Assembly: GCA_046290225.1 (NCBI GenBank)
Contig: JBKAGE010000036.1
Location: 64,001-128,000, forward strand
DNA from: Bradymonadia bacterium
GTDB taxonomy: Bacteria; Myxococcota_A; Bradymonadia; UBA7976; UBA1532
Length of the DNA stretch: 64,000 bases
Reading direction: 5' to 3'
In this document: piece by piece, positions 1 through 11,400 of the stretch
How positions within the stretch are numbered: position 1 is the stretch's first letter
Layout of the letters: each line of letters begins with the position of its first letter
Notes under the pieces: model-generated
Databases searched by the model: none
Seen by the model: the letters and a program-made list of their open reading frames with translations, nothing else
What the model was told of the DNA's origin: nothing
Program-made: the position numbers and the translations under genes

Positions 1-211
1 GGCCCGTGGCATCTACGGGCACCTCTGCGCCATCAGCGACCCCATCTCCTTCACCAGAGGTCCATTGAAGTTGACCAACGCCGCCCCCCTGCCACCCCAG
101 GAGCGCCACCGCGAGCACCATCAGAGCGCCCGGCCAGCCCAGCCGTCGGGCCAGCTGCGCCATGGGGCTTGTGCCCCTGATCATCTGCCTCCCCCTCATG
201 TGTGCTGCCTC

Positions 212-892
212 CTAGAAGTGAAATGTCGTGGTGAGCCCAGCTGACCAGCGGCCCTGAGAGTTCTGGGAGCCCGGGATGCTCGCAGCCTGAGCAGCGAGAT
301 CTGGCTCTTCCGGTGAGGGCATCCAGACCATGCCCACTCGGCCACCCAGAGAGAAGTGGTTGGTCATGCGGTATTGCAAGCCTGCTTCGGTGAAGAGCCC
401 GAATCGGTCAGTGCTGAATTGAGCGGGAAAGTCTTCCTGGCCCTTGAAGGTCACCTGGGAAGTCTCGAAGACCTGCCCCATGGCCACCTCGGTCATCAGC
501 CTCAGGCGCGGCGTGAAGGGAAAATATCCACGCACGCCCAGGGCCAGATCAGCCTGGCTGCGATCCACCACAGGGCGGCCCATCCGGTTGGGGCCGTATT
601 GTGTCATGTCGGCCCAGGAGAGCCGCGTGACCAGGTACCAGGCGGGTCGCGTACCGGGGAGGCGCCCGCCGACCCCCAGGGTGGCCCCCCATAAACTGCC
701 GCTCTCGGCCTCGGCATCGAGGCCAGTGGGAGTGCTCACCCCGCCGGTGAGCTCGGCGATGAAGTGGTTCCCGGCGGCGGCCTGCCCCGAGACGCCGACC
801 AGCGTCGGGGCCACGAGCATCGCCAGACCGAGGGCGAGCAATTTGAGGGCCGAACGGGGCCCGGGAGTGACGGTGTGGTGCAGCAAACTCAT
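212..892 (-). CDS. Outer-membrane beta-barrel (porin-family/OmpA-like) protein
   Basis: Start taken at MSLLHH (ATG 892, GAGGAG upstream). Signal peptide, alternating amphipathic beta-strands and a C-terminal ...TTTFHF aromatic terminus typical of BAM substrates. Confidence 0.65.
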   Translation of the reverse strand: MSLLHHTVTPGPRSALKLLALGLAMLVAPTLVGVSGQAAAGNHFIAELTGGVSTPTGLDAEAESGSLWGATLGVGGRLPGTRPAWYLVTRLSWADMTQYGPNRMGRPVVDRSQADLALGVRGYFPFTPRLRLMTEVAMGQVFETSQVTFKGQEDFPAQFSTDRFGLFTEAGLQYRMTNHFSLGGRVGMVWMPSPEEPDLAAQAASIPGSQNSQGRWSAGLTTTFHF

Positions 893-1061
893 CGCGCTCC
901 TCCTCGAGGGTGGCAGAGGGGTCGTTGTGGTGAACGGCCCCAGGTGGCAGACAGCGGTTGACGCTGCACCCTCTCCGCAAGATACGTACCACCACCGCCG
1001 CTTCGGGGCGAGCGTTCTCCCCGCTGTGGTCATCTCTCGACAGACGTGAAAGGGGTTCACG

Positions 1062-1730
1062 GTGAGCATCGCCTTCTTCGACCTCGACAAGACCCTCCTC
1101 GACGTCAACAGCGGCAGCCTCTGGGTCAAGGCCGAGCTCCGAGGGGGTCACATCACCCGCGTTCAGGCACTCAAGGCCTCATGGTGGCTGACGAAATACC
1201 ATCTGGGTTTCGCCGACATCGAAGACGCCTTCAGAGAAGCCATCCGCAGCCTCGAAGGTGTCAGCGTCGACGCGCTCGCCGATCGAGCCACCGACTTCTA
1301 CCACCGCGAGGTGGCCCATCGTTACCGCCCTGGCGCCCGAGAGGCCGTGGAGGCCCACCGCGCCGCGGGCGACACCCTGGTCCTGCTCACCAGCTCTTCG
1401 CCCTACCTCTCGCGTCACGTCGTGGAGGATCTCGCCCTCGACCACGCCTTGTGCAACCAGTTCGAGATCGAGTCGGGGGTACACACCGGCGCACCCATCG
1501 AGCCGCTCTGCTATGGCCCAGGCAAGGTGGACCACGCCCTCACCTATGCAGAGGCTCGGGGCGTTGCCCTCGAGCAGTGCACCTTCTACTCCGACTCCGC
1601 CTCTGACGCCCCCATGCTCGAAGCCGTCGGCCGCCCCATGGTGGTGCATCCGGATCCGAAGCTGAAGCGGATGGCACGCCGCAAACAGTGGCCCATCATC
1701 TCGTGGGGGACGACGTCAGCAGCGACTTGA
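1062..1730 (+). CDS. HAD-IB family hydrolase (SerB/phosphoserine phosphatase-like)
   Basis: FFDLDKTL motif I, LLTSS motif II, GK motif III, YSDSASD motif IV. Confidence 0.85.
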   Translation: MSIAFFDLDKTLLDVNSGSLWVKAELRGGHITRVQALKASWWLTKYHLGFADIEDAFREAIRSLEGVSVDALADRATDFYHREVAHRYRPGAREAVEAHRAAGDTLVLLTSSSPYLSRHVVEDLALDHALCNQFEIESGVHTGAPIEPLCYGPGKVDHALTYAEARGVALEQCTFYSDSASDAPMLEAVGRPMVVHPDPKLKRMARRKQWPIISWGTTSAAT

Positions 1731-2736
1731 GACGCGGATCCTCCCGTGTGCGCCAGATCTTGCCGTCGATGTAGTAGTGCCAGAGCACGATCATGGCAAA
1801 AGGCGTAAACACAAGCGACCACGAGCGATTCATCAGCGCCGTCACCTCGATCACCCCCACCACGATGCCATACACGAGGGCGAGCGAGCCCCAGCGCACC
1901 GCCATGGCCTGCCGCGGGAACCGCCGCCGTTGCCAGTGCATCACGAAACCCTGGTACTGCACGTTGTGATAGGCCGTCTCCAACGCCTCGGCCACGAGAA
2001 AAGGGGTGGCCGTGAGCCAGAACACGACACCGTGGGTCCCGATGGCCGCGCCCATCAGTGCCAGCTTGGGCCAGTTCACCCCCACCCCACGCCAGAGCCT
2101 CCAGATCTGCCGAGCGACGAACAAGCAGGTGGCCACCCCGAAGAGCAACATCAAGCCATCAGCCACAGATGAAGGCACTGAAGGAAACTGCACCTTCAAA
2201 GTGCCATAGACCGTACTCGGGGCCTCCTCGTCGACATAGTCGTGCACCGTGAGGGCCAACATACCCAGATAGAAGAATGCCCCATCGAGATGATCGTCCA
2301 CCGGGCGGAAGTCGGCGTTGAGCCCCTTGTAGATTTTGATGAAGCCCCAGTGCTGCCGGATGATGTGCCACGTGCCATAAAAGGCCGCGAAGATGATCAG
2401 CTCCCCCTCCAGCCCCATGGCGCCGAGCACGAACCCCGCGACGATGAACCCACCAAGCCCCCAGGTATGCGCCAGGCGATGGCGGGCGAAGCTCTCCTTG
2501 TCGAGATGCGTACGGCTGAACGTCTGGAAGATGTGCGGGTGGTCGAAGATCGCCGTGTAGACGAAGTAGGTGAGGATGATCGCGTCACCCCGGGGGCCCA
2601 CCTCGTAGGCATCGGCGAGGTGGTAGAGCCCGAGGAACAGCAAGGTGACGAGGGCGCCCCCGATGAAGAACAGCCCGTCATAGCGCGGGCTGACCAGCCA
2701 TCTGGTCTGTCGAGGGGGCGCCGGAGGTGCGTTCAC
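1696..2736 (-). CDS. Multi-pass membrane protein with His motifs, function unknown
   Basis: Many hydrophobic segments; motifs DHPHIFQT, WHIIRQHWG, YHNVQY, WHYYIDG. Confidence 0.7.
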   Translation of the reverse strand: MNAPPAPPRQTRWLVSPRYDGLFFIGGALVTLLFLGLYHLADAYEVGPRGDAIILTYFVYTAIFDHPHIFQTFSRTHLDKESFARHRLAHTWGLGGFIVAGFVLGAMGLEGELIIFAAFYGTWHIIRQHWGFIKIYKGLNADFRPVDDHLDGAFFYLGMLALTVHDYVDEEAPSTVYGTLKVQFPSVPSSVADGLMLLFGVATCLFVARQIWRLWRGVGVNWPKLALMGAAIGTHGVVFWLTATPFLVAEALETAYHNVQYQGFVMHWQRRRFPRQAMAVRWGSLALVYGIVVGVIEVTALMNRSWSLVFTPFAMIVLWHYYIDGKIWRTREDPRLKSLLTSSPTR

Positions 2737-3809
2737 TCAGCGCGTCCAGGGGTGGGCTCTGTCTCGACGGATGGCTTCAAAAGGCGAATGGCGATGCGCC
2801 CGGAGACCTTCCCACTGCACACCACCTCCAGGTGAACGCGCCCCGCCTCGGGGAACTGCGAGGGATAGAAGATCTTCTCGATGGGCCACCGGAACATGTA
2901 CCAGCCTTCCTTCGCAGTCACCTTCAGAGCCGGCTTGATCTGTACCGTGGCGCCGCCAGCATTGGCGAACTGAAAATGACAGGTGCGCCCTTTGCCGTCG
3001 GCGTTGCTCAGCATCACCTCGAATCGCTGAGCCTGACCCAGAGTCGCTTGAGCAGGCTGGATCGACGCCAGGCCCATGGCACCCTTGGGGCCCTTGACTG
3101 CGATCTTGGGGCTGGCTGACTTGTGGCTGGGTCCCTGGGAATTCGGTGACTGGGAGTTGGCTGACTGGGAGTTGGCTGACTGGGACGCCTGCGTCTCCGG
3201 CTTCTCGAGCTGGCTCACCTTCAGATAACGCGTCGAGGTTTTATCCAGCTTTGGCGTCTTCTTCTGAGTCTTCTTCTGGGCCTTCTTTTGCGGCTTCTTC
3301 GGTGCTGTGCGCTTGGGCGTCCTGGCAGAGGCTGCGAGCGCAGCACTTTGGGTGCTCTTCCTCTGCCTGGCCCGTGCTGGAGCCCGTCGCCCCTCTGATG
3401 CGCGCTTTGCTTGAGCAGGTGCCACCTGCTCTGCCTCGATGATCTCCACCGCGACGTCCTCTGGCTGCGTCTTCTCAGGTGCCTGGACGGCCTCCTCCCC
3501 CTTGAGCGCCTGAGCCTGAGTGAGGCGGCTCGCGCCCATCGCCAACGCGCCAGACAACTCCGGGCCCGGCGCGATCCCGGCATCGAAGCCCGGCGGTAGA
3601 TCCTCAGGACGTACTCGGGGCGGATCACCCTTGTCACCCGCCCCTGCGTCCAACGGCACCCTTGCATCGACCACCACCACACGTGGCGTCACGTCGGCGT
3701 CGCGCGTCGACTGTGCCTCTGGGGACGAACGATGGTGATGACCTGGATGATCGTGCTCACACCCGAGGGCAGTGCCGAACAACATCAACGCGAGCATCGC
3801 CGTGCGCAT
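2733..3809 (-). CDS. Hypothetical lipoprotein with His-rich N-terminus and low-complexity linker
   Basis: ATG 3809 with GGAGG upstream; lipobox ALGC followed by EHDHPGHHH; K-rich and SQSAN repeats; globular-looking C-terminus. Stop overlaps the next gene's start. Confidence 0.6.
   Translation of the reverse strand: MRTAMLALMLFGTALGCEHDHPGHHHRSSPEAQSTRDADVTPRVVVVDARVPLDAGAGDKGDPPRVRPEDLPPGFDAGIAPGPELSGALAMGASRLTQAQALKGEEAVQAPEKTQPEDVAVEIIEAEQVAPAQAKRASEGRRAPARARQRKSTQSAALAASARTPKRTAPKKPQKKAQKKTQKKTPKLDKTSTRYLKVSQLEKPETQASQSANSQSANSQSPNSQGPSHKSASPKIAVKGPKGAMGLASIQPAQATLGQAQRFEVMLSNADGKGRTCHFQFANAGGATVQIKPALKVTAKEGWYMFRWPIEKIFYPSQFPEAGRVHLEVVCSGKVSGRIAIRLLKPSVETEPTPGRAE
3148..3185. repeat. 15-bp tandem repeat (GACTGGGAGTTGGCT) x2.5, coding SQSAN units
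   Basis: Read directly from the sequence. Confidence 0.8.
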
Positions 3810-3865
3810 AACACACCTCCATACACCGCATGATTTTTCCCGACACTTGCCTTCATGACAAGAAT

Positions 3866-5089
3866 TCAGCGTGTACGGCGCCTCAAGCCCACAACCAGGA
3901 GCAAGCAGATCCACCCGATAGGCGCCTTGCCCGTATGGGCCTGGCACCCGCCGCGTTGCGTCACCCGGCGAGCGTTGAGAGAGGCCAGACGAGAGAGTTC
4001 ATCGCCAGCACGACACGACGCCGCCGCAGTGATCTCGGTGCAGAGCAGGCCCATGGCGGAGCAATCCTGCTCCTGAACCTGAGTCCCGTCACACAGCACC
4101 AGAACCTCGCCCCGGCACATGCCCCCCCAAGGGATGTCGTCACAGGGTGAAGGTGGCCGACAGTAGAACCCCAGCTCAGGGTTCACATAGCCACACACCG
4201 CACCGTCGTCCTGAGTACAATCTCGCTGGTTCACCTCGCCGTCTTCGCACCAGACCGCCGTGCGACCTTCGCAGGCACCAAAATAATCCAAACCATCACA
4301 GGCACCTGGAGGAGCTCCGGCGGCGCTGGCGTCGATCCAGTCCACGATGGCGTCGACGCGGGTGAGCTTGTCTTTGTCGACACAGGAGCTGTTGCCACGG
4401 TGCAGGACCGCCATGATCATCGGACCCTGCTCACCTTGAGCGAGGAGTGGTCCACCCGAATCACCATGGCAAAGGCCCTGAACCCCTTCCCCGTCGGTGA
4501 ACAGGTAATCGGCCTGGATGGCCGTGAGCACCACCGTGACGAAGTAGCGGCCTGTACGATCGGCGGCGCGGGTATCGCCAAAGCCTGCACCCTCCATCGG
4601 CTGGCCGAGGCGATCCCCCCCCACTGAAGTGCGGTTCACGGGGATCGGCTGCAGATTGGCGATCTCGGTCATCGGATCAGTGGTGAGGACGAGTACGGCA
4701 GCGTCGACCCCTGGATGCTCGTGAATGCTCTCCACCTCGAAGGTCCCGAGGGGTTGCTGGGGCTGAAGCCCGACGCCAAAGCCCACATTCTCCGGTGTCC
4801 GCCCACGCGTGCAATGACGCGCCGTGAGCACAGTACGTGGTGCGATCACCGTGCCCGTACACAGCGCCTGGCCAACGATGCCGTCGTAGTAGAGCCATCC
4901 GATGGCCAGCGCCTGTCCGGGGGTCACCGAAACGAGCGTGGGCTCTCGTGTGCCGTTGATCACAGCCTGCTCTTGTTGGGCGACCTGCGGTTGAGCAGAG
5001 ACCTGAGGTGTATCGAAGAAACAGTGTACGCCGACACACGTGAGGATGTGACACCACAAGAGAACGGTTGGGCGCGGAAACTTCGACAC
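3866..5089 (-). CDS. Secreted trypsin-like (S1) serine protease with Cys-rich domain and MYXO-CTERM-like anchor
   Basis: TARHC, DAAVL and GDSGGP catalytic-triad motifs; C-terminal GGC-x-hydrophobic-RRRTR tail; GAGGAG upstream of GTG. Confidence 0.85.
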   Translation of the reverse strand: MSKFPRPTVLLWCHILTCVGVHCFFDTPQVSAQPQVAQQEQAVINGTREPTLVSVTPGQALAIGWLYYDGIVGQALCTGTVIAPRTVLTARHCTRGRTPENVGFGVGLQPQQPLGTFEVESIHEHPGVDAAVLVLTTDPMTEIANLQPIPVNRTSVGGDRLGQPMEGAGFGDTRAADRTGRYFVTVVLTAIQADYLFTDGEGVQGLCHGDSGGPLLAQGEQGPMIMAVLHRGNSSCVDKDKLTRVDAIVDWIDASAAGAPPGACDGLDYFGACEGRTAVWCEDGEVNQRDCTQDDGAVCGYVNPELGFYCRPPSPCDDIPWGGMCRGEVLVLCDGTQVQEQDCSAMGLLCTEITAAASCRAGDELSRLASLNARRVTQRGGCQAHTGKAPIGWICLLLVVGLRRRTR

Positions 5090-5150
5090 GTGGCTCCTCG
5101 ATGGCTCTCGTCAGCGCTGGGTGTATCTCACGCTCACGCTGGTGTCTCAC

Positions 5151-5166
5151 AGCAAGAAGCGCACCA
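5151..5166 (-). promoter_or_regulatory. Putative sigma-54 (-24/-12) promoter for the protease gene
   Basis: Minus strand reads TGGTGCGCTTCTTGCT (GG-N10-GC with TTGCT). Confidence 0.5.
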
Positions 5167-5209
5167 GAACAGCCTTACGCACAGCGCGCCACAACCATTT
5201 GAAATCATT

Positions 5210-5225
5210 TGGCAGTCAAGCTGCT
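5210..5225 (+). promoter_or_regulatory. Putative sigma-54 promoter for the giant RCC1-repeat gene
   Basis: TGGCAGTCAAGCTGCT (GG-N10-GC); IHF-like site at 5192-5204. Confidence 0.4.
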
Positions 5226-5469
5226 CAACCTGAGCGTTGATGTCTCTGCTTGAGCTGCCGGCGACACACCTGATGTCTCAATGCCATTTTGCGCGCACAT
5301 AAAGGAACAACAATATGTACGATTCTCCTCCCTCATGTCTTCCATCTACCCACAGCCCCCCTTACACTCTTACCGCTGAGGTGACTTCATGTGTCTGGTC
5401 AGAGAGCCTCTGACAATACATGCGTAGAGCAAATGATTGTGTTGCATATCGGGTCGAGGAATTTTTTAC

Positions 5470-8400
5470 ATGTTCAATCTGAACTCAGGGTCGAGCGGGC
5501 GCGCCTGGCGAGTCGCGCTGATGCTCGTGGGCGGCTTTGCCGCGAGCGCCCCAATGACGGTCTCTGCCGAACACCAGTGTGTGGTGCAGGTAGATGGCAC
5601 TGTGAAGTGTTGGGGTCTAAACAACTATGGTCAGCTCGGCCAGGGTGATTCGCACAATCGGGGCACGGAGAGCCCCGAGATGTACGACGCCCTGCTCGAC
5701 ATCAACCTGGGGACAGGACGCACCAGTACACAACTGGAAGCCAACCTCAACAGCACCTGTGCGATCCTCGACGACGGCGGGGTGAAGTGCTGGGGTTACA
5801 ATGGCTACGGTCAGCTCGGTCACGGCAACACCACCCAGCGCGGTGACGGCAGCAACGAGACCGGTGACAACCTGCCCTATACCGACCTCGGGACCGACGG
5901 TCAGGGCAACGATCTCGATGCCACAGATCTCGCAATGGGTGATCGGCACGTCTGTGCGGTGCTGAACAATGGTGGGGTCAAATGCTGGGGCAACAACGGC
6001 AGTGGCCGCCTTGGTCAGGGGAACACGACTCAACGGGGCGACGGTGCCAACGAGATGGGCGACAACCTCGCCTACACCGCTCTGGGTACCGGCTACACAG
6101 CAACTCAGATCGACGCCTTCACCACTCACACCTGCGCCGTGCTCAACACAGGCGAGCTCAAATGCTGGGGCTACAACAACTACGGCCAGCTCGGTCAGGG
6201 TGACACCAGCGCCCGAGGCACTCAACAGCCCGAGATGTTCGGCGCCCTTGGCGACATCAACCTCGGCACAGGCCGCACTGCCACCCACGTGGCTCAGGGT
6301 AATACCCACGCCTGCGCCATCCTGGATGATGGCACCTTGAAGTGCTGGGGTTACAATGGTTACGGCCAGCTCGGCCAGAACAACACCACTCAGCTCGGCG
6401 ATGGCGCCAACGAGACCGGTGACAACCTGCCCACCGTCGATCTCGGCACCGGCCGCTCAGCGACTCAGGTCACGCTCGCCGATCGTCACTCCTGCGCGAT
6501 CCTCGACGACGGCAGCGTAAAATGCTGGGGCTACAACGGCCACGGACAGTTGGGTCAGGGGAACACCACCCAACGCGGTGATGGCGCCAACGAGATGGGC
6601 GACAACCTCACCACCGTCGATCTCGGCACGGGCCGCACTGCGGCACAGATCGACGCCAACTACTATCACACCTGCGCTCTGCTCGATGACGGCACGGTGA
6701 AGTGTTGGGGCTACAACAGCAACGGTCAGCTTGGCCAGGGCGACACACGCAACCGCGGCACTCAAGCCCCTGAGATGAACAGCGCACTCGGCGACATCGA
6801 CCTCGGGAGCGGCACCTCGGTGGTCTCCCTCGAGGCGGGCGCCAACTACAGCTGCGCGATTCTCGACGACAACTCTCTGAAGTGCTGGGGGTACAACGGC
6901 TACGGCAACCTCGGCCAGGGCAACACCACTCAGCGCGGCGACGGCGCCAACGAGATGGGCGACAACCTCGCCGTCACTGATCTCGGTACTGGCCGCACTG
7001 CCACTGACGTCGGTGCAGGCCTCTACCACGCCTGCGCTCGCCTCGATGACGGCAGTGTGAAGTGCTGGGGTTACAACAACTATGGCCAGCTGGGTCAGGG
7101 GAACACCACCCAACGGGGCGACGGCGCCAACGAGATGGGTGACAACCTCGTCGCTGTCGATCTTGGCACCGGCCGTACCGCCACCGCCGTCGATGCATTC
7201 TCCAGCACCAGCTGTGCAGTCCTCGATGATGGCAGCGTAAAATGCTGGGGTTACAACGGTTACGGCCAGCTCGGCCAGGAGGACACCCTCAGCCGCGGCA
7301 ACCAGCAGCCTGAGATGTATGACGCCCTGCTCGACGTCGACCTCGGTACCGGCCGCACAGTGAGCAAGGTCGAGGGGGGTGAAGCCTTCAGCTGTGCAGT
7401 CCTCGACGACGGCAGTGTGAAGTGCTGGGGTTACAACGGTTACGGCAACCTCGGTCAGGGCAACACCACTCAGCGTGGCGACGGTGCCAACGAGATGGGC
7501 GACAACCTCGCCGTCACTGATCTCGGCACTGGCCGCACCGCCACTGACGTCGGCCTCGGCCGCTATCACGCCTGTGCCCTGCTCGACGATGGCAGCGTGA
7601 AATGCTGGGGTTACAATGGCTACGGCCAGCTGGGCCAGGGCAACACCACCCAACGGGGCGACGGCGCCAACGAGATGGGCGACAACCTCGTCGCTGTCGA
7701 TCTTGGCACCGGCCGCACCGCCACCGCCGTCGACGCCATGGGCGACTTCAGCTGCGCCCTGCTCGATGATGGCAGTGTGAAGTGCTGGGGTTACAACGGC
7801 TACGGCAACCTCGGTCAGGAAGACACGCTCTCTCGCGGCACCCAGCAGCCAGAGATGTACGGTGCCCTCGACGATGTGAACCTGGGGACTGGCCGAACGG
7901 TCCAGCACGCGGCGGTGGGCAACCGCCACAACTGTGTGATCCTCGATGACGACACGGTGAAGTGCTGGGGCTACAACGGCTACGGCAACCTCGGTCAGGG
8001 CAACACCAGCGCCCGTGGCGACAGCGCCACCGAGATGGGCGACAACCTCGCTGTCACCGATCTCGGCACTGGCCGCACGGCGCAGCAGCTCGCTGCCGGT
8101 GAAGATCACGCCTGTGCCCTGCTCGACGACAACTCGATCAAGTGCTGGGGCCGCAACAACTATGGCCAGCTGGGTCAGGGGAACACCACCCAACGGGGCG
8201 ACGGCGCCAACGAGATGGGCGACAACCTCGCCGCCGTCGATCTTGGCGTGGGGCGTACCGCTACGGCCATCGACGCCCGAGGTGGCCAGACCTGCGCCAT
8301 CCTCGACACCGGTGACATGAAGTGCTGGGGCTACAATGGATACGGCCAGCTCGGCCAGGGCGATACCAACGCCCGTGGCAACACCCTCCCGGAGCGGTTC

Positions 8401-11400
8401 GGCTTCATCGACGATGTAGACGTGGGCACTGGTCGTACCCTGCAGCAGGTTGAGACCTCCGGGCAGCACATCTGCGCTCTGCTCGACGACGGCCAGGTGA
8501 AGTGCTGGGGCTACAACGCCCAAGGGCAGCTCGGGTTGAACACCACGGGCAACCGCGGCGACTCAGTGAGCGAGCTGGGCGACAACCTCGCCTACGCCAT
8601 CCTGGGCAACGATCCTCAGGGCAGCCCCTGGACTGCCACGGACATCGGCGCCGGTTACCGTCACAGTTGTGCATTGCTGAGCAATGGCGAGGTGAAGTGC
8701 TGGGGCCACAACAACTACGGCCAGCTCGGCATCGGCAACACCACCCAGACGGGGGACAACGCCAACGAGATGGGCGACAACCTCGCCACCGTCGATCTCG
8801 GCACCGGCCGCACCGCCACCGACATCGACGTGCGCTTCTCCACCACCTGCGCCACCCTCGACACCGGTGACATGAAGTGCTGGGGCTACAACGGATACGG
8901 CCAGCTCGGCCAGGGCGACACCAACAGTCGCGGCACTCAGCCCGAGGAGATGTTCGACAGCCTCGAAGACATCAACGTGGGCACGGGTCGCACCTTCGAC
9001 TGGATCGAGACCGGTGGCTACTTCACCTGTGGCCTGCTCGACAATGATCTCCTGAAGTGCTGGGGCCGCAACAACCGTGGCCAGCTCGCTCAGGGCAACA
9101 GCACCACCCGCGGCGACGGCACCAACGAGATGGGTGACAACCTCGCTTATGCCAGCCTGGGCACCGGCCGCACGGTGCAGAGCGTCGGCACCGGCCTGCA
9201 GCACGCCTGCGCGCTGCTGGACAATGGTCAGGTGAAGTGCTGGGGCTACAACGGCCATGGCAACCTCGGCCTCGGCAACACCACATACATCGGAGACGCC
9301 GTCAGCGAGATCGGCGACAACATGCAGGCCGTGGACCTGGGCACCGGCCGCACGGCCACCCAACTCTGGGTGGGGCCGTACCACAGCTGTGCTCGACTCA
9401 ATACGGGGGAGACCAAGTGCTGGGGGCTGAACAACTATGGTCAGCTCGGCTACGGAGACACTGCCTACCGTGGTGACGGCGGCAACGAGATGGGCGACAA
9501 CCTGCCGGCGGTGGACGTCGGCACGGGCCGCACCATCGTCGAAATGGCCCTGGGCCAGCAGCACAGCTGCGCACGCCTCGACAACGGCACGGTGAAGTGC
9601 TGGGGCCGCAACAACTTCGGCAACCTCGGCCAGGGCAACACCACCACCCGCGGCGATGGCGCCAACGAGATGGGCGACAACCTCGCCATCACCAACCTCG
9701 GCACCGGGCGCACCGCCACCCACATCGAGGCGGGCTACTATCACACCTGCGCCATTCTGGATAACGGCGACACCAAGTGCTGGGGCTACAACAACCAGGG
9801 GCAGCTCGGCTACGGCAACACCACCAGTCTGGGCACGAACGCTGGCCACATGGGCGACGGCCTCGCCGCCGTCGATCTTGGCACTGGCCTCACTGCGGTC
9901 AGCCTCGGCGCCTTCGGCAGCCACACCTGCGCGGTGCTCAGCGACGCCACGGTGAAGTGCTGGGGTGAGAACAACAATGGCGAGCTCGGCATCGGCACCA
10001 CCGACAACCGCGGTGATGCCGCCAACGAGATGGGTGACAACCTGCCCCGCGCCCGCATCCCCGCCGATACGGCCGTGGTGCAGGTCTCCGGTGGGTACAA
10101 CCAGACCTGCGCCCGCTACGCCGACGGCACGGGCAAGTGCTGGGGCTACAACGGCTACGGCCTCCTCGGCTACGAAGACACCGTTCAGCGCGGCGACATC
10201 TCATATGCCGTGGGCGACGAGCTGCCCTCGATCGACCTGGGCACAGGTCGCACGGTGGCGCAGAGCAGCGTGGGCTATCACCACGTGTGTGCGCTCCTCG
10301 ACGACAACTCCATCAAGTGTTGGGGTCGAAACGATCTCGGGCAGCTGGGTCAAGGGAACAACACCCAACGCGGTGACGGCGCCAACGAGATGGGCGACAA
10401 CCTCGCCGCCGTCGATCTCGGCACCGACAACGGCACCCCCTTCGTGGTGACCAAGCTCGTCTCGGGCCACTATCACAACTGTGCACTCTTCAACGACGGC
10501 CGCGCCAAGTGCTGGGGCTACAACAACAGCGGCCAGCTCGGCATCGAGAGCACCAGCACCCGCGGCACCAGCGCCACCCACATGGGCGACAACCTCGCCT
10601 TCGTGAACGTGGGCGCCGGCCGCACCATCACGGACATCGACGCCGGCGGCAACCACACCTGCGCCACCCTCGACGACAACACCGTCAAGTGCTGGGGTGA
10701 GAACAACAACGGCGAGCTCAACCTCGGCAGCAGCGACAACCGAGGCGATGGCGCCAATGAGATGGGCGACAACCTGCTCACCGCCGACATCATCTACGAC
10801 CGGCCGCTTGCCGGTGTCATCGCCGGCGAGAACCACAGCTGCGCCATCTTCAACGACGGCAACATGCAGTGCTGGGGCTACAACGGCCATGGCCAGCTGC
10901 TCCGGGGCGACACCACCCAGATCGGTGATCTGGGCTACGCCATCGCCGACGATCTGCGCCCCATCCTCCTGGGCACTGGCCGCACCGTCTCTGCTGTGTC
11001 GATGGGCACGCATCACACCTGCGCGCTGCTCGACGACAACACCGTCAAGTGCTGGGGCCGTAACGATCTCGGCCAGCTGGGTCAGGGCAACAACACTCAG
11101 CGGGGCGACGGCATCAACGAGATGGGTGACAACCTCGCCGCCGTCGATCTCGGCACTGACGGCGGTGTCCCCTTCGTCATCAGCCAGCTCGTCTCTGGCG
11201 ATCATCACAACTGCGTGCGGTTCAACGACGGCCGGGTGAAGTGCTGGGGCTACAACGTCTACGGTCAGCTCGGCATCGAGAACAACAGCAACCGCGGCAC
11301 CAGCGCCACCCACATGGGCGACAACCTCGCCTTCGTCGATCTCGGCACCGGCCGTACCGCCACCCACATCGAGGCGGGACACAACCACACCTGCGCCACC

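Noticed and set aside
1..199. Possible start of a minus-strand gene with a signal-peptide-like segment
   Set aside because: The ATG frame stops at about position 14 while another frame stays open without a start; this cannot be resolved at the window edge.
5479..5490. 12-bp match CTGAACTCAGGG shared with the core of the 21.4-kb element
   Set aside because: A single short match inside coding sequence is compatible with chance.
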